Below are positions 37,379 through 50,820 of a DNA stretch of 64,000 nt, in pieces (position 1 is the stretch's first letter; each line of letters starts with the position of its first letter). The notes below the pieces were generated by a model. The model worked only from the letters and a program-made list of their open reading frames with translations. It was not told where the DNA came from and made no database searches. The stretch covers positions 868,001-932,000 of the forward strand of contig OZ218951.1 in the NCBI GenBank assembly GCA_965112735.1, read 5' to 3'. Position numbers and translations under genes: made by a program. The stretch comes from Phaeosaccion multiseriatum. Its lineage: Eukaryota; Protista; Ochrophyta, other classes.

Positions 37379-38785
37379 TCACGACACCACCTCCCCGACT
37401 TCATTAACGGCAAACTCCACCCACGCTGTCCCTAGTCTGCTCCCCGCAAGCTGCCATCCGTGGCTCCTCCCTCCAACCCCACCCCCGGCACCACCGCCGC
37501 CCCGCCGCCTCACCCCGCCGTGTCTCATTCGTCTCGCGGCCTCGTGGGGTGTCATGGCTGGGAAACTGGCCACAAAATCGAGCGTTACACCGGGGTGCAG
37601 CGTCTTCATAACGTGATGCACCAAGTCACCCGAGAGCCCTCTGAAGCCCCTCCATGCCGCCAGCTCGGCGACTGTCCGCCCCCCTGGGAGAGAATCCCAG
37701 TCGAAGGGAATGGGCGCTGAAATGGCTTCCGCCGCCGCTGCTGCTGTCGCTGGTGGTGGAGGTGGCGGCGGTGGTGTTGGTGATGGTGATGTGGCGTTTG
37801 AAGGTGGTGGTGACGTTGCTGAAAACTGAGAAGAGAGTGCCGCCTTTCCATTCCCCTCCTTACTACCCCCCCGCCCTCCACTGCCGTCAGACGAACACTC
37901 TGCTTGGGCGGCGCCAGCGCTGGCGAGAGAAGAAGGTCGGCCGCGACGGGACTGAGAGTGAGTGCTGTGGCTGTGGGTAGGCTGGACCGGCACCTCTGCT
38001 ACAAGAAGGGAGGTAGACGGGCCCCGGTTCTTGAGTAGCTTGGCGAGGGAGCTCAGGTAACAAACGTCGGTTTCATCGTCAGTCACCACCTTCTTCAAGG
38101 CCCAGCAGCAGCGCAGGTTCACACAGCGAAGGTGGGGTAGGCTCGCCATGACGAGAGTCCGCACGGAGCGGTTGGTCAGTGCAGTGAGGGACAGGTTAAG
38201 GTCCCGCAGCAAGGGGCAGGAGCGCGCCAGGCAGCGAGTGGCCACGTCGGTGATGAGGGGGACGTCGTGCAGGGACACCTTTGTTGTTGTTTGGGATGGG
38301 GGTAGGGGTGGTGGCGGTGGTGGTGGGGTGATTGCAGGGGTGGGGGTGGTGGTGGAGGTGGCGGGGGTGGTGGTGGTTGGAAGAGCAGGGAGCGGATGGG
38401 GGATGTCAAAGGATACACAGAAACGGGGGAGGGGAGGGGAGGGGAGGATGGGGTTAAGTGGATGGTTCACGGGTGAGACCTTTCTCTCACATTCGTAGAT
38501 GCAATGAGCCGAGTGATACCTCCAGGAAAGAGAAAAAAGGGAAGCAACACTGCTGCAGCCTCCTTCCACCACCATCTTTAAAAGGATTCAAGAGGATTTA
38601 GGCCTTTAGGCCCAACCCAAGTGTCGATAAGGACTGTTCCACCTCTGCCACTCTTCCTCCCTTTCTTCTTTGTAAAGACGTTTCTCAGAGGTCGAGGTAG
38701 GCCGGAACGTCACAACAGCTCTCGTTTCAAAGGAGCGAGGGAGCAGAGGAGGGAAGCCCACCAGAGGCTTGACAGACAGACAGAC

Positions 38786-38818
<33 letters not shown>

Positions 38819-40223
38819 TTCAACAATGCCTCTTTCACTGACTTACTTGCTGGAGCTGCGGGCTGTTTGTGGCGAGAGACCTCACGCCAGCATCGGTGAT
38901 CTGCAGGACAGGCAGCAGGGCAGGCAGCAGGGCAGGCAGCAGGGCAGGGATATGGGCAGGAAAAGCGCGGGCCACAGGGCAGGCCACAGGACGGGCCATA
39001 GGGTATGGCAGCAGAGGCGAATAAGAGATAGTTTCCAAGGCACTTGCTTGCGCAAGCCTAGAGCCAATACACGGAATCAGCCGAAACCGTCCCCTCATTC
39101 AAGACCTCTGCTCGTCTCTCTATGTCTCTCTCTCTCTGTCTCTTTTCTCCTTCTCTCTCTCCCTCTCCCTCTCTCTGTGTGTGTGTGTTGTCTTCCCTCT
39201 TGATGACCCAAAGGCAAGTCAAGTGCGCTCGATCAGCAGTCAAGGAAGTCATAACAATTTGAGCAGCAAGGACGTGAACGTAAAATTAAGTCAACTAAAC
39301 TAAGCCAAGACGACGTGATGGTGCAGGGTGATACACGCACACACGCACACAAGCACACAAGCACACACGCACACAGCCCTACCGTACCTTGCTGCAGCTT
39401 GCAAAGTTGACGGAGATAAGATCGAGGCCGACGGAGAGGGTGGAGAGGCAATCGTCATCCACACCGGCCACACGAGCCAAGTCCAGGCAGCGAAGGGCAG
39501 GGGCGCCCACAGCAACTCCTGAGAGGGGAGGGAGGAGGTGAGAAGGGGGTGGGGGGATTCTAGTCATCCTCCTCGCTCTGTGTGTGTGTGTGTTTGAGAG
39601 AGAACGAGAGAAGAGAACAGACAAAGGCACCAACCTCAGTCACCATCCTTACACAGACACACACACAGATACACACTACACGACAACGCACTCACTGCAA
39701 AGGTCCACGGAGGAGAGGTCCCCCGCCCCCCTTAGGCTCAGTCTTTGGAGCCGCGGCAGAGGAGATGCCTCCATCCAGGCCATGCCAGCCCCTGTGAGGC
39801 GGCGAGGAGGCACCATACCCAGCAGCACCTCCTGAGAGCACTTCCTCGCCAGGTCGCGTCTGCTGCTGCTCGTGCTGCTGCTGCTGCTGCTACTTGTGCT
39901 GCTGCTGTTTGAGGCAGCGCCGCCGGTGCTGCTCCTCCTCCCTGCTCCACCTCTGGCACCGGCTGCTGCTGCTGCTGCTGCTGAAGCCGGTGGTGGTGCT
40001 GCGTTGATGCTGCTGCTGCCCATATGACTGAGGCTGCCCGTGCTTCTCCGCCTCCCTACCGCTGCTGCAGTCACCACCGCGCTCACTGCGGCCTTGGCCC
40101 GGGCCGCCAGAAAGCTCTCTCTTCGGCCTCTTCCTCCATGTCTCTCCTCCGACCGACGACTCTCTCCTTCTCCTTCCTTTTCTTCCTCTTCACCACCACC
40201 ACCGCCACCTCCTCCTCCTCCCC

Positions 40224-40260
<37 letters not shown>

Positions 40261-42499
40261 GCGCAGTTCGTGTCCTCCCCCCTCCATGACCTCTACTTCC
40301 CCCTCCCTAACAGGCGAGGCTTCGGGCGTTGTAGGAAGCAACGGCGGCAGAAATGGCAGCGGTACCCCGCCCTCTCTCCCTCTCTCCTTGTCGACCCCCA
40401 CGCCCGTCCCCCACCCCACGTCCACCGGCTGCTGCTGCTGCTGCTGCTGCGGATGATGATGATGATGATGATTATGATGATGAAGATGGTGGTGCTGCTC
40501 GCCCCCCCGCCGCCGCTCCACCTTCTCGCTCCTCGTCTTCCGTCCCTTGAACCAGTCTAACGCGCCCCCGCCACCGCCCCCCGCTTGGCCCGGCTTGCCC
40601 CAGCCCAAATCCAGCTCAGTCAGGTTGGGACAGTCTTGAAAGATGCGAGCCACGCTCTTGTCGCCCACAGCGTTGCAGTTGTAAATACGCAGGCACTGCA
40701 GGGTGCCTCCGAAGGTGTCGATAAGGCTGCCCAGGACCTGCTCATGAATGATAGGCGGGGCGGAGGAGAGGGGCGGTGGGTAGGTGGGCGGAGGGAGGGG
40801 ATTACATGGAGGACTCCGATAATATACGTTGAATCATAATGGGCATAGCATCGAACAAGCAGCTCGACAAGCAGCAGATTGAAGGCACCTCATCAAGCAA
40901 ACAAGGCAAGAAAAAGCAACAAGAAGATGTGGTGCGAAGGGGTGGAGAGACTCGGGGAGAGGAGCTTGCATTGTCCTCCAACACATACACACAAACAGAC
41001 CCATCAACAGCACACAAGGGCCCCATTGCGGTAACCCACATCCCTACATAAGAGGGAGGGCGTCTCTACGGCCCTACAGGGCGGTAAAAGCACCACAGGA
41101 CCAAAGGACCAAAGGAGCGAAGCTCACTCACTCACTCACTCACTCACTGAAGGACCAAAGGACCGAAGCTCACTCCCTCACTCACTCACTCACTCTCTCA
41201 CTCACCTCGTCTGTGAGGATGCACTCTTGTAAGGAGAAATAGTCCGGACTGAGTACGTGGCGTTAAGATATGGATGGCAACATACGGGTTCAAGGGTGGG
41301 GGTTTTCAGTTTCCAGTTTCCAGTATTCCGTGTAGGTGTCACCCTAACCGGCTGCCCCCTCCTTCTCCCTTTCCCTCTCCCTCACCCTCACCCTCTCTCT
41401 CTCAATATCTGCTCTTTCTTCATTGCCTTTCTCTTTCTCTCTCTCTGTGTGTCGTGCACCCGACTAACCTCGTGATGCCCGCATACCCTGTAGGGTTGTG
41501 CGGCAAACCAAGCACCCTACACGAATCGGACAAGTCCAGGCTGGTGAGGCTGCCCGCAACGCAGTGATGAGCGATGCTGAGCAGGGTGCTGGGCTGTGTG
41601 ATGCCTCTGAGGCTCAGCAGATGCAAAGCACTCAGAGACGGGCCATGCACGCAAAGCAATTGCTGCCAAGGTCGGGAGGGGGAGGCGGGGCGGGGGGGGG
41701 GGGGAGGAGTTCAAGTGAGCAGCAGTCGAGGTAAGGACATACATGCAACTAGGGAGCCTGGTGGGGTGGGGTTACGGATGCCGAGGTATGCCTGTCTCCA
41801 GTGCAAAACCTCGCCTCTTAACTTTAACTCTTATCTCTCTCATCGGGGGTTCGTTTCATGTACTGGCTGACCCGTGCTTCCTTCTCTCACCTGAATGCCA
41901 GCGTCTGTTACGGCCTCCGTGGAGGCAATGGTCAGCCGAATGTTGGAGAAGGGAGAGGCGAGGAGAGCGGCAGGCGTGCCTTCCTCCTCTTGCTCAGATG
42001 CCTTACCCTCCAATTTGCTCCCCCCCACTGAACTAGCTCCTTCCCCTCCTCCGACTCCCCCTCCCGCCACTGCTGGGGCTGCTTCAACGGGGCGTTTGGC
42101 TGAAGCACCTAGAGCAGCCGCAATAGCACCCGTAGGAGCGGCAGCAGAAGCACGAGAAGGACTGGTCCAAGGGTCATCCCCCTCGTTCTTTCCTGTCTCC
42201 CCGGCCAGACTGCCCCCCTTTGAAGCAGCACTGGCTGCGGCTGGGTTGTACACCGCTTCGTCCCTTGGTACCAGCAGCGGAAGAACAAGAGCCCGGTGCA
42301 AGACTCTCCCCACCACCTCATCGGTGACCCAAGCCCCTTCTAGGGTGAGGGTAATCGACCCATCCTCAGCACAGGTCAAAGACTCGTAGCTCGCCGCAGC
42401 CAGCAGGCGGCAAGCTCTGCCTGCTGCGATTGCCTGCTTCGCACCCAACCACGATAGTACCCGTGCCAGGACATCGATAGGAAGCATCAGAGGACTCAT
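37379..42499 (-). CDS. F-box / leucine-rich-repeat protein (FBXL-like)
   Basis: Exons 42499-41891, 41662-41469, 41248-41206, 40737-39696, 39518-39388, 38900-38847, 38278-37379 (phases match). F-box LPIDVLARVLSWLGAKQAIAAGRACRLL; LRR-CC motifs CPNLTELDL, ITDAGVRSLATNSPQLQQV, ITDVATRCLARSCPLLRDLNLS. Confidence 0.85.
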
Positions 42500-42693
42500 G
42501 ATACAGGTGCACGATCATCACTTCAAGGGAGGGAGGTTGGTTGGTTGAGTTTCAGTTCACCGCTTGGCGGCCTGTTGGGATTTGGGATTTGGAACACAGA
42601 GAGAAAACGTATTAAAAAAGGAAAGGAGAGGGAGAAGGAGGCAGCCGCTGTGGAACCCAACGGACATAGCCACTTCTGCAAGTTGAAGGCGCC

Positions 42694-43462
42694 ATGGCAG
42701 AAGAAGACCAGATCACAATTAAATGCAAATTCACCACAGATACGCCACCTGGTGAAGTGAAAGTGCCTGCAAGTGCGACGATTGGACGCTTAAAGGCGGA
42801 GATACAGAGCACTCTGAAGGTAACGTTGGTGTGGTGGTGGGGGGGGGGGAGTCTCTGCTCTCTCTCTCATGGCGTCTAACCCCACCCCGCGCCCTCTTCA
42901 CTCTTCTCCCTCCCATACGCACCTTGCCCCCTCCCTCCTCCCCTTCTGTGGGGCGCCCTCTTTCCATACGCGATGGAAAAGGTCGCGACAAAGAATATCA
43001 TATTTCAAGGGAGGTTGTTGAAGAACGATAGCCAAACACTGGTGGAGGCAAAGCTAAAGGACGGCGTAATCGTGCATGTCCAGGCTCAAAAACCTGGCCA
43101 AGCTCCCCCGGTGTCAGGCGCAGCAGCAGCAGCAGGAGGAGCAGCAGCGGCTACTACCGCCGTACCACCTACTGCGTCCCCAATAGCGCCAGCGGCAGGA
43201 TCTCCAATGGGCCAAGCTATTGTGGCCATTCTCGCGCAGCCCCCAGCGGTGGCAAAGGAGTGCTTAACGACCCTGACCAAGGTAGTGGACAACATTATTG
43301 GGGCCCCCCTGGAGCCCAAGTTCCAGAGGATGAAGAAGGCCAACGCCACCTTCAAGAGGAAGGTCGGAGATGTGCCCGGAGGAGAGGAGGTGAGATGAGG
43401 AAGAGGGGAGAGGAAGGCGAGGGGGATGGGAGAGGGAGAGAGAGAGAGGAGGAGAGAGAGGG

Positions 43463-43513
<51 letters not shown>

Positions 43514-44238
43514 GAGGAGGAGGAGGAGGAGGAGGAGGGGGGGGGGGGGGAAGGTCGAAGCTACGGGGAGAGATAAGCCCGTATAAACCAAGTAGCGCTA
43601 AATGCTTTATGCGAGCTATCACTCATTATTCTCATACCCTCGTCTCATCTCTTTCGGGTTCAGGCCATGCGGCAACTGGGCTTTGTAGAGACGGAGGTGG
43701 ACGGAGATGCTAAGGGGTTGTGGCTGCTCACCCCCAGCCAACAAGGTTGGACCGTGTTAACGGCAGGGAGGGCTCAGCTACAAATGGCGCTGACGAGCAC
43801 CAATGCTCTGCCGACGGGGGGAGGGATGGGAGGGGTGGGTGCTGGCGTGCCGGGCATGGCTGGAGCGGGAGGAATGGGTGGGATGGGGGGCATGGGGGGC
43901 ATGGGTGGAGGGATGGGAGGGATGGGAGGGATGGCAGGGATGCCCACACCCTCCCCTCAACAAATGGCGCAGGTGGCGGAGATGATGCGAACCCCCGGTC
44001 AGATGCAGGTGAGCACAACACGACCCCTCCCCCTTCCCCTTCCACACTCTGTTCCACTCTGTTCCAGCAGCCTCGCTCTTCGCTTCCCACTTCCCGCTTC
44101 CCGCACCTCTCACCCCGTTCTCGTCTCTCGTTTCCCGTGCGCACGAGTCACGTGCCAATCAGTGGGTCTCTTTTCGTAAACCCCCCTCTCTCTCCTCTCT
44201 CGCTCTCTCTCTCCCGCTCTCTCTGTATACACACACAC

Positions 44239-44270
<32 letters not shown>

Positions 44271-44696
44271 ATCCTCTTCGTGCTCCCTGCCCCCATTCCC
44301 CTTCAGGCGATCATGAACAATCCAATGGTGCGGCAAATGATGCAGCAGAACCCAGAGGCGGCGAGAGCAATGCAGGCCATGCAAGCGGACCCCACCCTGC
44401 TGGACCGCACCATGGGACAGCTCAATCCCGATGTCATGCAAGAGGCGATGGGCAGGGTCTATGGGTCGGGGCAGCAAGGGCAAGGTGGGGGTGTTGGTGG
44501 TATGGGCACGGGTGCAGGTGCGGGTGGGGCTTTCCCTGGTGCTGCGGGCACACCTGCTGGCACAGCTGCTGCTCCTGCTGCGCCGCCTGTCCAGCCTCTG
44601 TCGGTGAGTGCCCAGGAGATTGCGGAGGGGCAGGGCGCAAAGACAGAGGAGGAGCTCATCGCTGAGGCCATTCAAAGATCCATGGAGGAGTCATGA
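42694..44696 (+). CDS. Ubiquitin-like + PUB + STI1-like + UIM protein (putative p97/proteasome shuttle)
   Basis: Exons 42694-42819, 42982-43389, 43664-44008, 44307-44696. UBL: TIGRLKAEI...IIFQGRLLKNDSQTLVEAKLKDGVIVHV. PUB: TLTKVVDNIIGAPLEPKFQRMKKANATFKRKV..VPGGEE|AMRQLGF. STI1: IMNNPMVRQMMQQNPE. UIM: EEELIAEAIQRSMEE. Confidence 0.88.
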
Positions 44697-45415
44697 CGTA
44701 ACGGTATTGAACAAGATGGGTCCATGGAGGGCTTGTGATGACGGCATACCAGGAAGACTCCATGGAACTTCTTCAAGTGCCTGTGATATGCCTCCAAATG
44801 CCTGTGATGTGCGAGTCGTGGCGTCATACACGGAAGGGTCCCAAGGAGGAGGGGTGATGTATTGGTATCCATGGAGAAGCCGTGACGGCGTTGAAGATCC
44901 ATGCGTAGAGGAGGCGTGAGGCCTTACACAAAGGCTTTCAAAGGTACTTCATAGATTTTGAACAAGGGCTTGTTTTTACATACGGCGTTTCTTACAGCTG
45001 TGGCATGTGTACACGTGTATGTGTCAAGTATATACAGTGGAGATTGGTGCTGCGAGAAGGAGAGAGGGAAGAGAGAGCAAAGACGAAGAGGGGTCAATGA
45101 AGACTTCTTTCCGGCTCTCCTCTTCTCTCTCTCTCTCCAGGTCTATCTCTCTCCCGCGACCTCTCTCGCTCTCTTGTCTCTTTGTGTGCTAATCCCTTTG
45201 GTCTGAGCCGCCTCCAGGCGGCTCCTCACTTGAGAGACATGTGTGTGAAAGGCAAGGCACCACGCCGCATAGTGGTGGGGCCCATGACACACCCCCAGAG
45301 GCCCAGAGGGAGGCCTGTAGGCTCTGTGCCCTCCCTGCCCTACCGCCTACCTCGGTCTGTGCATGCCTCCTCCAGTGAGGTACCAAGTCAATAAAGACTC
45401 CTCCGGGGAGTGGCC

Positions 45416-46591
45416 TCACCCGAATGCCCCTCTCCTGTTGTGGCCATTCGGCGGTGGCGGTGGCGGTGCTCTGCCTCTCATTGTGGTATTGGCCATATCC
45501 TGTCCATCGGGCGCTCCGTACCCCGCATAGGAGAAGGAGTGCTCGGTGGAGTGGGTGGTGGCGTAAGCTTGCGTATTGTAGCATTCTCCGCACACCACAA
45601 ACCACGCCTTTCCCTCTCTCCAGCAGGTGTCGCACTGCACAGCAGCTCGCATCGGATGGGCGTGCATCAGAGCGCCTCGAGGCGGCATAGAGCGGTTCCG
45701 GACGTGTATTTTGCACACACCGCAGGCTCTTGGCCGGTCACCAACTCTCGGCCCCTCCCCCTCGGCAGATAGCCCAGGCGGAGCCACTGCCACTGTTGCT
45801 TCTGTTACTACCCCGCCCCGTGGTTCTCTGCTGGCGACCGCAGGTGTGAGCTGCTCCCACGCCAGGCGAGCAGCGGCATCGTATTTATCTCCGACAGGCA
45901 GAGTAACGCTTTCTGTTGCTGCCGCATCCGGCGTGAATCCCACCGCTTCCAGGATAGCTCTGCAAATGTCATCCGCCCAGCAGACCGCAAAGTGAGCGTT
46001 ACTCGTGCGGCACGTGCGATACTTTGGGTTCTGAGGGTGAGCAGGTGTGAGCTGCTCCCACGCCAGGCGAGCAGCGGCATCGTATTTATCTCCGACAGGC
46101 AGAGTAACGCTTTCTGTTGCTGCCGCATCCGGCGTGAATCCCACCGCTTCCAGGATAGCTCTGCAAATGTCATCCGCCCAGCAGACCGCAAAGTGAGCGT
46201 TACTCGTGCGGCACGTGCGATACTTTGGGTTCTGAGGGTGAGCGGCGATGTTGTTCAGGTACCTTCGGAGTGTCACGATTGGGGCTGGCGCCTTATACTC
46301 CTCTGTGATGACGTTCCCGCCACGGCTTTCTGCGGCATGTGCCCTGCGACCACGCTTTTCCGCCGCGTGTGCAGCTGCTACTGCGAGGAGCACTCCTTGC
46401 TCACGCATCTCCGTTTGTCCCTGGCCAATAAGAGACTGTCCGAGCGCGAGAGCGAGGGTGACATCATCAGCGCCAGAAGTCATATATTGCTTGTTTTTTT
46501 CCCTCTCGAGCTGACCGCCGGCGGCGCTTCCTGACGTGGTGGTGGTACAAATCACAGTTGGTATTACAGTGTTCAGATTCTTCTTCTTCAT
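45416..46591 (-). CDS. PUB-domain protein with internally duplicated PUB segment and C-terminal ZZ-type zinc finger; possible N-terminal UIM
   Basis: Single ORF; start 46591 or 46483. PUB: TLRRYLNNIAAHPQNPKYRTCRTSNAHF...ILEAVGF. ZZ-like: CGVC...CDTC...CGECY...H...HSF. UIM-like: DDVTLALALGQSL. Confidence 0.75.
   Translation of the reverse strand: MKKKNLNTVIPTVICTTTTSGSAAGGQLEREKNKQYMTSGADDVTLALALGQSLIGQGQTEMREQGVLLAVAAAHAAEKRGRRAHAAESRGGNVITEEYKAPAPIVTLRRYLNNIAAHPQNPKYRTCRTSNAHFAVCWADDICRAILEAVGFTPDAAATESVTLPVGDKYDAAARLAWEQLTPAHPQNPKYRTCRTSNAHFAVCWADDICRAILEAVGFTPDAAATESVTLPVGDKYDAAARLAWEQLTPAVASREPRGGVVTEATVAVAPPGLSAEGEGPRVGDRPRACGVCKIHVRNRSMPPRGALMHAHPMRAAVQCDTCWREGKAWFVVCGECYNTQAYATTHSTEHSFSYAGYGAPDGQDMANTTMRGRAPPPPPPNGHNRRGAFG
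45840..46243. repeat. Exact in-frame 201-bp tandem duplication
   Basis: 45840-46040 equals 46041-46241 (67 codons). Confidence 0.92.
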
Positions 46592-46903
46592 TACATACCA
46601 TCGCAGAGTAGGGAGGAGAGACACGACAGAAGTCCGCCCCGCAGGAAGTTCAAGGATCTACTCACCTGTCGCTGTAGTTTCCTTCCTTCGAGGCTTGAAC
46701 ATGCTGCAAATGTGCAAACCGTGGCTTTGAGGCGGAACAACGCCCGGAAGAACGGAGAACGCTTACGTTTGTTTAGACGAGAACCAGCGGAGGCCCCTTT
46801 GGTTAACCCAAGAAACCTTGCGCTCATTTAGACGAGAAGCAGTAGAGCGCATTTGAAGTCGCTGCTGAAGCCTCCGTGTGAATGTGAGGTGGTGTGAGGA
46901 AGT

Positions 46904-49900
46904 ATGACCTTGGATGACAGAGGTGATGCCCGCCGGCATCGTTCAGTCTCTGCGGGAGGGCTGGAGATGGGGACCGAGGCGCTCAGCAAGCTCCTTGCCA
47001 AGAGCTTCGGGAGTAACGCAGCAGCAGGCACAGGACGGCGCAGGAGGGCCTCGACCAGCCTATCTCCATCCCGGCCGCCAACGCAAACGACTGGTGGTAA
47101 AGCGGAGCGGGAGAGGAACCGCTCGCTGTCGCTGGAAACCCAGCGCTCCGGTCAGCCCGCTCGTTTTGTGCGTAAACGACGTACAAGCGGGAGCGGAAAG
47201 GTGGGCACAAACCTGAGAAGTGATGACGAAGGTGACCGGCAGGAGGGGAAGATGGAGGGGAAGAGTAGCGGCGAGGGAGAGAGCAGCACGTCTCCCTCTC
47301 CACAACGGAACTCGAAACACAACAAGAAGAAAAGCAAGCAGCAGCAACAGCAGCAGCAGGAGCAGCAGCAGGAGGAGGAGGAGGAGCACCGGGAAAGGCA
47401 CGAGCAGGAGGAGATGGAAAAGGACGACAAAGTGGCGCCGTCCTCTCGCCCTCCCCTCCGAGTGGTCCCCAAGCTGGCAAGCGCGATGAGCACCGCCCCC
47501 GCTCAAGCCACATCTGCTGCTACTGCTGCTGCTGCGGATTTGCCACCCCCCGATCCTGTTCCTGCACCTGCCCCGGTTGCCGCTACGAATGCGTCCGTTC
47601 TCGGTGACGCACCGAGTCCTGAGGATGGTGATGGAGAGAGGAGCCGTAGGAGCAGCAGCGCATCTTCTACCGTGTCAGCCACCAAAGGAGGAGGAGGTCG
47701 AACGGCATCCGCGCCGAGAAGTAGCCTGAGTTCACCCCCGCCCTTGCCAGTGCCAGCTCGGAGGCGCAGTTTCGGCAAAGACGGAGGAGGACCAGGGTCG
47801 GTTTCTGGCGTCTCCTCTGCCGGCTCCTCCCCCAGTTCAGCAGCAGCCGCTATTGCTGCTGCTGCTGGCGCTGTTGGTGGTGTTGGGGATGCTGCACTCG
47901 ACCTGGAGGCTTATAGTACAGATGGCGGCACCAGTGGTACCAACGTGGCCAGCGGCGGAGGCAGCTCGGGGGTGGCAGCAGCAGCAGCAGGATGTGCGTA
48001 CCGAGGCAGGTTCAGGGTTAAGGACGTTCCACATGACAAGTCCGCGGCAGGAGTAGGGGGGGACGTAGGGGAAGCCGGAGGAGGAGGAGGGACTGACGTG
48101 GTGTTTATGGAGGCTAAGGTTAGGCTGGGAGGAGGAGGAGGAGGAGGAGGAGGAGGAGGAGGAGGAGGAGGATCTGGGACTGGGCCTGCGGGGGGAGAGC
48201 CCTCCCGGCAGCAGCAGCAGCAACTAATGCCCCCCCCCCAGCAGCAGCAACCGCAGCAGCTTCAACGGAAGCCCTCTTGTGCACAAAAGAGGGGCCGATT
48301 CATGGTCCGGGCGATTCCCACGAGGGAGTCTGGAGCTGGCGGAGGAGGTGGTGGAGGAGGAGGAGCAGGAGGGAGAGACGACTCAGTACCAAGTCCGCTC
48401 ATGCGTGCAAACTCCTCGGTCTATGCTACCTCTCCTTCGCTCACGTGGAAGGGGGATGAGGGGAGCGACTCCGCAAGCGGTACCCCAGGGATGAGAGGTC
48501 GCTTCGCCTCCGTCAGTGGGGGGCCCACAGGCTCAATGCTAGGGGGGGGAGGAGCAGCAGTAGCAGCAGCAGCAGCAGCAGGAGGAGGAGGAGGAGGAGG
48601 AGGAGGAGGAGGAGGAGAGGATGACATGCCCCAGGGGAGCTATCGGCCTCGGGGGATGAGTGATAGTCGAGGAGGGAACGGCGGTGGCAACGACCTTTCC
48701 AAGGGGGTCGGGTTCTTCAGCGAGATTCCGGCCTCTGTCTCCTCCGGGTATCGCTCCAACAGCGACGTCTCCTCCACAACTCCACGCGGGGGAGGGGGAG
48801 GAGGAGGAGGGGGAGGTGGAGGAGGAATCTCACGGCAGAGCTCAGTAAACTTCATGGCAACTGATGAAGCCAACTCGTCTTCATGGGATGACGCGTGTGC
48901 TGCTCAACAGCAACTACAGCAGTCCGGCGGAGGAGGGGCGGGGGCGGGGTCAATAGGAGGGAATGAATCAGCACTGCTCGAGACCATTGTGGTGCAGAAT
49001 GCGTCCATTCTCCAGCGTATTGCGGCTCTGGAGAAGTCCGCCTCCAGTAATGACAGTGGCGACGGTGGTGGTTTGGTCGGAGTTGGGGGGGGAGAAGGAG
49101 GAGGAGGGTCAGGGGCAGCAATGGTTCCGCCGAGTGGAGCAGGAGGCGGGGGAGGCGGAGGAGGGGGGGGCGGGGGAGGAGCAGCAGCGAAAAGATCGGC
49201 GGCTGGGACAGGGGCTGGGACTGCTTCTGGGAAGCGGGTAGGGGACAGCAGCAAGTCGGGAGGTGTGACCAATGGCAGCAGTGGGCGGAGCAAGAGCAGC
49301 CAAGCCGGTCTTGCCAAGATGGGCACACTTATGGAGTCCTTGAAGGTGGAGGCTGAGGAGGCACGGTATAGGGCACGTGATGATGAAATGCAGCTGCGTC
49401 GCCTCACGGAGAAGGTCAAGTCGCTGGAGGACAAGCTTGACGAGGAGAGGAGGGGTAAGGTTGCGCTCAAGGCCGCGCTGGAGGAGGAGAAGAAGAAGGC
49501 ACAGCTGTTGCAGCAGCAGCTCACGCAAATGTCGCAGCAGTTGGTGGTGCAGCAGCAGTTGGTGGTACAGCAGCAGATGGGTGTGCAGCAGCAGTCCGTA
49601 GGACAGCAGCAGCCGCCGCAGCAACAGCAGCAGCAGAGGCGGCAGCCACATAAGACGCACAGCTTCTCGGGGCCGGACGCGAGCACGAGGACAACAGGGG
49701 ATGGAGGAGGCGCCTTCGCGGGGGAGATCTCCGCCATTGGCCTTGCCTTGGGCAGCAGTGCTTTCAGCGGGCCGAGCAGCGGGGGTGGGGCAGGAGTTGC
49801 TACTACAGCAGCAGCAGCAGGAGGAGGAGCAGGAGGAGGAGGAGGAGGAGGAGGAGGAACGACGAGGCCGAGAGCTGGGGGCTTGACGCGTGCTCGCCCC

Positions 49901-50088
49901 TCCTCCGCGGGCTCACTTCACTCTCCAACACGCGGTGATCTTATGGGAGGGAGTGGGGGGAGCAGCAGCAGCGGTGGTCCTGCCCCCCCCCCGCCCTTAC
50001 AAGAGCAGTGGCTCAGGCAGAAGGGAGAGCTGCAGAAACAGGCAGACGAGTTGGAGAGTGCACGCGCTACCATCCAGCAATTGTTAGG

Positions 50089-50123
<35 letters not shown>

Positions 50124-50143
50124 GGCAGCAGAAGTCCCAACAA

Positions 50144-50193
<50 letters not shown>

Positions 50194-50230
50194 GCAGCAG
50201 CATCAGCAACTCCAACACCAACAACTGAAA

Positions 50231-50268
<38 letters not shown>

Positions 50269-50782
50269 CCAGCAGCCCCAGCAGCAGTCAGGGACAGTGA
50301 CGTCATCCTCTCTATCATCCTCTCTATCCTCCTCCTCCTCCTCCGCCACCGCCCTCAGCAGCGGCGCCTCTTTCCCGACCAACTTCTCTCTGCTCCCAAC
50401 CACACCATCTCCCTCAGACGCGGCCAATAGTAAGGCCAAGGGTACCGCCAATCAGCCCCCACCCGGAGTCCTGACACCCCTTCCCGTAGGCCCTACTGTG
50501 GACCCCTTTGGAGGAGGGGCGAGTGGGGTGGTGTTGGTGCCCTCCACGTTAAGTCCAGGCTCTCTCCTCAGCAGCACCAGCGGCACGAATACACAGAGCG
50601 GCAGCAGCAGTAGTAGCAACATCACTTCAGCTCAGCAGCAGCAGCCGCAGCAGTTGGTGATACAGCAGCAGCAGGGACACGGACGCAGTCATCATCACAG
50701 TAGGGCCTCATCCGCAGGTCACGCCACGCAGCGAAGCACCAGCAGCTCCCCAGCTCCTCATTCTCGCTCCGTCCTGCCCAGT

Positions 50783-50820
<38 letters not shown>

